NCBI GenBank assembly: GCA_012033055.1
Contig: JAAUPR010000007.1
Location: 42,493-66,492 of the forward strand
DNA: 24,000 bases
Direction: 5' to 3'
DNA from: Limnothrix sp. RL_2_0
GTDB taxonomy: Bacteria > Cyanobacteriota > Cyanobacteriia > Cyanobacteriales > MRBY01
Below the pieces are notes generated by a model. That model worked only from the letters and a program-made list of their open reading frames with translations, was not told where the DNA came from and made no database searches. The position numbers and the translations under genes are program-made. Shown piece by piece: positions 19,578 through 24,000 of the stretch (position 1 is the first letter of the stretch; every line of letters begins with the position of its first letter).

Positions 19578-21412
19578 CTATTTTTTGACTAACTGATAAA
19601 TATGCTGATTGTCGTTTAAATACAGACTATGGCTTGTTGCGGTGATTGTTTGATCGGCCTGCATTAGCGCATCAAGTTCCGATGGGTAGGGTTGTGTTTT
19701 GAGTTGTGATTGTTGGACAGACCACAGTTGTAAGCCTTGATCTGTAGTCACTAATAGCCCTAATTCCGTGGCGTAATGGCCTTCAATATTCGGGAAATCA
19801 ACACCATCAAAAATGTCGTGCGATCGCCGTTCACCTTGGGCATCAATCACACAAATATGATGTTGAATCTTGCCTTGATATTGCACAATAAAAAATAGCC
19901 AAATATCATGCCAAATAGCACAATTTACCATCAATATTTCGCCATTAATTTTAGGTAGAGAAACTTGATCATTAATGCCATGGTAGTGGGTCGAAAAAAT
20001 AAATCCAGTGAGTAAATTACCCGCTTGATAGAAGCCGAAACCAAGATCATTACCAAGCCAAAATTGTGTCTGTTCTGGTAAGATGTCACCCACAAAACCG
20101 TTACCCAAAGTGCCGTCTCGCCACAGCTTTCCCTGAGAAATCCAGTAGCGTTTTCCTCGGTGACATTGGAAGCAAGGTTGTTGGCGATAGGCTTCTACTT
20201 GGAGGGTTTCATCTGGCTGAATTTCTCCATTCAAAAAGCTCAAAATAGTCTGACCTTGCCCCACATAGGTGCGATCGCCATTGAGCCAAAAATTCAGAAA
20301 TGGACTGCGATCGCCTTTAAAGATCACCTGACCATTCTCGCGGGTAAATGTACCACCTTCCCAATAGAGATAATGGCAGTGGCGATCGCTGATATCGGCT
20401 TTCAAAATGCTGCCTTGTGTTGTGAAAATAGTTTGTAAATTAGCAAAAGTTGGTGAGGGAATAACCGCAATTTGAATATGACAATAGGGACAATGATTAT
20501 GACTATGAGTTTTGCCGCAACTTATGCAATTTTTCCACTGTAAATTCTTCAGTAATTGCAACGAAAATTGACCCCTTTGATCATTCTCAAAACAATTTTG
20601 AAAGTAATTCAGCAAATCATCATTAATATTTTGTAAGGTAAAGCAGGTTTTGGATATTTTACATCGGCATTAAATACTGTAATTCGGTGTAATGGACGGG
20701 CTGATTGGGGAATTTTCTTGTTTTTATAAATGCCGCCGTAGGGTTCCACATAAAGCAATGAGCGAAACAACATTACAGCAAAAGCATACCAGTCAGAATC
20801 GGTGTTATGAGTTACTGAAAGTTGTGGATAATCGAGGTGGCGATCGCATAATAAGGGGTCAACAAATCTTGCTGTAAATAACTGACAAATAAAAGTTTTG
20901 AATTGCCACGAATCTGTATCGATAAAATAAGGTGTATTTTGTTCTACTAAAATATTTAAATCGTTAAAATCGCCTACAATAATATTTGCTTGGTGAATTT
21001 TTTTTAAGGTATCGTGAATTTGAATAAAGAGTTTTGTGACCTGCTGATGATCAATGCCATTTTGCTCCCTAAATCGGCGATCGCCATAACGATATAAGGC
21101 ATTAGTTCCTTGCAGATAAGGCATTGTATAACCGAGGATTTTGCTGGATTTGTCTTGGACTAAGGCTGTCGGACTAAGAATATTCGCAGGTAAATTAGTT
21201 GGGAATTGCTGTAATTTTGTTTGATGTTCTTGGATTCGTTCCGCCGCCGACTTTTGCGCTTCTAAATTTTGCGAAAAATCAATATGATTGGGCTGTTTAA
21301 AAAGTTTGACAACCTCTTTTTTGTTTAGGCAATAAATTTCAGCTTCCCCACCTTTACCAATTATTTTACTTGGCGAAAGATTCACCTTTTTATTAGCAAT
21401 AAATACTTGCAT
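19578..21412 (-). CDS. Atypical protein kinase domain plus zinc-ribbon and C-terminal domain; two overlapping ORFs that appear to be one gene with a 1-nt frame break
   Basis: ORF 20609-21412: SPSKIIGKGGEAEIY, VVKLFKQ, IVGDFNDLNILVEQNTPYFIDTDSWQF. ORF 19578-20615: NCISCGKTHSHNHCPYC (CxxC...CxxC). The kinase ORF ends ...PYKILMMIC*; the other frame reads NDDLLNYFQNCFENDQRGQF across the same bases. Confidence 0.7.
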
Positions 21413-21424
21413 AGGAAAACTCCT

Positions 21425-22099
21425 TTATTCTTCAAGATTGCGGCGTACAGAAATCAACGAAGTGTCATCCCGCAATACACCCTGCTTTTTGTTGGCGATC
21501 GCCAAACTTCTACGCACTTGATCTGGATTTTTAAAATACTTTTGTTGCTGCCAAAAATCGCTGAGATCTTGATACTTTTGCCAGTCATCAAGGCCATCTG
21601 TTCCGATTAGGAGCGACTCTAAATTTTCGGTGGGTAAACGAGTAATAATCCGTAGATTTTCGGTTGGATAAATGAGATAGGGCGGCGCATTATTCGCAAA
21701 TTCCCAGCGCGTAACTTCGCCATTGATCGCCAGCGTGCCATCGCCACAACCAAAAATAACCGCCTCTTTTGGGGTGATCACAAAACCCAATAGCGTAAAC
21801 AAATAGTATTTTTCGGCGGGCAACTGGGGCGGCAACTTTTGCAATATCTCTTCGCCCAACTCTCGGCAAGTGTCCTCATCGGTGATCAAATTAGGGTTTG
21901 CGGCGATCGCCTCAATGATCAATTCCACAGCTAGCCACGCCCCCACTTCACTGTGGGCACAACTCCCGCAACCATCGGCGACAACCCCCAGCAAATAATC
22001 ATCTCCGAACCGAACTGTAAGGGCATCTTGATTATTTTTGTTAACCCGCTGGTGTTCCGAGCCAATAATGGAACCCGCCGCCCATTGAAATTGCCGCAT
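21425..22099 (-). CDS. PP2C-like serine/threonine phosphatase domain protein
   Basis: 224 aa; NQDALTVRFGDDYLLGVVADGCGSCAHSEVGAWLAV, VIFGCGDGTLAING, LLIGTDGLDDW, RDDTSLISVRR. Confidence 0.85.
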   Translation of the reverse strand: MRQFQWAAGSIIGSEHQRVNKNNQDALTVRFGDDYLLGVVADGCGSCAHSEVGAWLAVELIIEAIAANPNLITDEDTCRELGEEILQKLPPQLPAEKYYLFTLLGFVITPKEAVIFGCGDGTLAINGEVTRWEFANNAPPYLIYPTENLRIITRLPTENLESLLIGTDGLDDWQKYQDLSDFWQQQKYFKNPDQVRRSLAIANKKQGVLRDDTSLISVRRNLEE

Positions 22100-22262
22100 T
22101 TTGTGCCGTGTTTAAATTACACTTTTATTCTAGTGTAAAAAAGACATTTTTGTTGCTGGCGATAGATTTTACGACAAAAAAAATTCCCTAGCGGTCAGGC
22201 TGGGGAAATTCTGTAAATTTAAAAGGGTGATGCGAAAAGCTGGATTTTTAAACTTGTGGTTT

Positions 22263-23006
22263 TTAGCGGAATAAATCTGGGTTAAGGATTCTGGCGGGTG
22301 CGGATTGGCGATCGCTATTACGGCCTAATGTGCCGCCATCTGACTGATCAAGAAAGGGTTTGAGGTTAATGCCAGATCTGCCGTAGCCAGATTGAGGAGC
22401 TGTCATGGGACGATTGCCGCCGAAAATACCCTGTATTTGCCCCAAGAGGCCAGAATTTTGGGAGGAATTACCAGTAAAGGTGTTAACGCCTTGGGTCTGG
22501 ATGCCATCGTCGGCACTGGCGAGATTACTAAATACATCGTCGCGGGTACGGATCGCGTTTTGGCCGGGGGGAACAGTGAATACGATTTGGCAGGCGTTGT
22601 TTGCTTCTGTGGTGACGCAGACGACATCGTAATTATTTTCTGTGCCTGTGGTGAGTTCAACGAGGCCATCGCTTCTGTAGCTTTCTAGGCGACGACTGAT
22701 TTCATCGCAGCGACGTTGGGCTGTCCAGCCTCCTCCCATGCCTTGGGGTACTGCCCATGCGTAGGCTTCTCCGGGTTGACTTTCGGGGCGGTACATTACG
22801 GTGTAGTTCCCTTGGTCGAGCTGGCAAACGAAACGGCGATCGCCATCCACGACGACATCACCAGAACCAGTACCACCAGAAGAATCGGATTCAATCACAA
22901 CATCGGGAGGGGTTTGGGCAAAGGCAACGGCGGCGGTGAAGCCCAACATTTCTAGGCTAACAATCCCAACTTTTAACCAGTGGCGGTAATGCAAATTGCG
23001 TTTCAT
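22263..23006 (-). CDS. COP23-domain-like secreted protein
   Basis: Likely start MKRNLHYRHWLKVGIVSLEMLGFTAAVAFAQ (signal peptide) rather than the longer ORF start at 23063; DRRFVCQLDQGNYTVMYRPESQPGEAYAWAVPQGMGGGWTAQRRCDEISRRLESYRSDGLVEL. Confidence 0.75.
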   Translation of the reverse strand: MKRNLHYRHWLKVGIVSLEMLGFTAAVAFAQTPPDVVIESDSSGGTGSGDVVVDGDRRFVCQLDQGNYTVMYRPESQPGEAYAWAVPQGMGGGWTAQRRCDEISRRLESYRSDGLVELTTGTENNYDVVCVTTEANNACQIVFTVPPGQNAIRTRDDVFSNLASADDGIQTQGVNTFTGNSSQNSGLLGQIQGIFGGNRPMTAPQSGYGRSGINLKPFLDQSDGGTLGRNSDRQSAPARILNPDLFR

Positions 23007-23142
23007 CGTAAATTTTCCCAGCTCAACAACGAGATTCCAAGACTTTAATTCTTCTCTGGTCAATGACGCAGCAAAAGTTTCTGAGGTTCCCCTTGTAGGT
23101 CTGAAAATAGATGTGATATATTAACTGGGCTTAATAAAACAC

Positions 23143-23225
23143 GCGGACGTGGCGGAATTGGTATACGCGCTAGATTTAGGTTCTAGTGTCTTTACGGCGT
23201 GAGAGTTCGAGTCTCTCCGTCCGCA
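23143..23225 (+). tRNA. tRNA-Leu (anticodon UAG)
   Basis: GCGGACG...CGTCCGC acceptor stem plus A discriminator, CTAGA-TTTAGGT-TCTAG anticodon arm, GAGAG-TTCGAGT-CTCTC T arm, class II length (83 nt). Confidence 0.95.
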
Positions 23226-23255
23226 TTTCAAACACAATCTTATTGCCTTGAAGCC

Positions 23256-23585
23256 ATGGCTTTTTCTGACTCTGAATTTGAGGCGGCGATCGCCCAGCTT
23301 GAGCAAGACCTTGCGACATTAAAAGAACGCCACAACCAAGTTATCGCGGCTGAGTCTCGCATTGCAGAGCTTCAGGGACAGCAGGCGGAAATTGCGGATC
23401 AGTCACCAGAAATTCAGAAAGAGCAATCCCTCAAAACTGAGTTAAAGCTAATCCAAGCAGAAATTGAAAATCTAGAATTGAGCCTCGAAAGTAGCCTCTT
23501 AAATTGGCAAGAACCTTTCTGGCAAGTGGTACGCTTTGTCGGGCTAGGGATTCTGATCGGCTGGCTTCTAAAATCGTTTGCTTAA
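23256..23585 (+). CDS. Hypothetical coiled-coil protein with C-terminal hydrophobic segment
   Basis: ATG at 23256 (longer ORF call at 23199 begins inside the tRNA): MAFSDSEFEAAIAQLEQDLATLKERHNQVIAAESRIAELQ...FWQVVRFVGLGILIGWLLKSFA. Confidence 0.65.
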   Translation: MAFSDSEFEAAIAQLEQDLATLKERHNQVIAAESRIAELQGQQAEIADQSPEIQKEQSLKTELKLIQAEIENLELSLESSLLNWQEPFWQVVRFVGLGILIGWLLKSFA

Positions 23586-23699
23586 TATCAAATTAATAAG
23601 CGCATATAAATAGAAAAAGTATTATTTGTGATGTGGAAGGGCGATCGCCCCGATTCCTAAAGTCATCCGATAAGCTAGAAAAAAGCCTAGGAAAATGTG

Positions 23700-24000
23700 A
23701 TGAGTGCAACCCTGACTGACACATCCAAATCCCTCACCCTTCAGGAATTTCTCGATTTGCCGGAAGGGGATGTTACCTACGAATTACAGGATGGGCAGGC
23801 GATCGCCAAAATGTCACCAAAAAGAATCCATTCCTGTTTACAACGCGCATTGCTCATGATTTTGTCCGACTGGGGCAATGACGATAATTCGCCTCTAGTT
23901 GGCGATGCCTATCCCGAATGGGCAATCTGTTTACAGCGAAACGAAGTCGATTGGTGTCCCGTTCCCGATGTCACCTATATTTCCGATGCCAAACTTGCAG
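23700..24000 (+). CDS. Uma2 family (DUF820, restriction-endonuclease-like fold) protein, partial at window end
   Basis: MSATLTDTSKSLTLQEFLDLPEGDVTYELQDGQAIAKMSPKRIHSCLQRALLMILSDW...VPDVTYISDAKLA, open to window edge. Confidence 0.8.
   Translation, partial: MSATLTDTSKSLTLQEFLDLPEGDVTYELQDGQAIAKMSPKRIHSCLQRALLMILSDWGNDDNSPLVGDAYPEWAICLQRNEVDWCPVPDVTYISDAKLA

Noticed and set aside
23199-23255. N-terminal extension of the coiled-coil ORF starting at 23199
   Set aside because: It begins inside tRNA-Leu; ATG at 23256 is the plausible start.
1-24000. CRISPR array, transposon, prophage or Yfr1-type small RNA
   Set aside because: No regularly spaced direct repeats, transposase-like ORF, phage genes or ACTCCTCACAC core were seen.

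Overview
The window is an ordinary-looking chromosomal stretch from a cyanobacterium rich in GCGATCGC (HIP1) sites. Its RbcL sequence recalls the Synechococcus PCC 7002 group; that is from memory, not a search. The first half is a contiguous CO2-concentrating supercluster: ndhF and ndhD (CO2-uptake type) on the minus strand, divergent from a BicA-like SulP bicarbonate transporter, then ccmK2-ccmK1-ccmL-ccmM-ccmN-rbcL-rbcX-rbcS. The second half holds chlD, tpiA, an S66 peptidase, a DUF3493-like protein, an RseP-type protease, a PaO-like Rieske oxygenase, an atypical kinase/zinc-ribbon gene next to a PP2C phosphatase, a COP23-like protein, tRNA-Leu(UAG) and a partial Uma2-family gene. The most notable observations are three reading-frame breaks (ccmN, rbcX, kinase gene), each repaired by one missing base. 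They may be systematic sequencing errors or real lesions. Others are an unusual [10 protein letters not shown] segment in RbcL, a four-module CcmM with a divergent last module and a candidate internal start, intercistronic hairpins in the ccm/rbc cluster, and the kinase-PP2C module. I found no convincing entirely new system.
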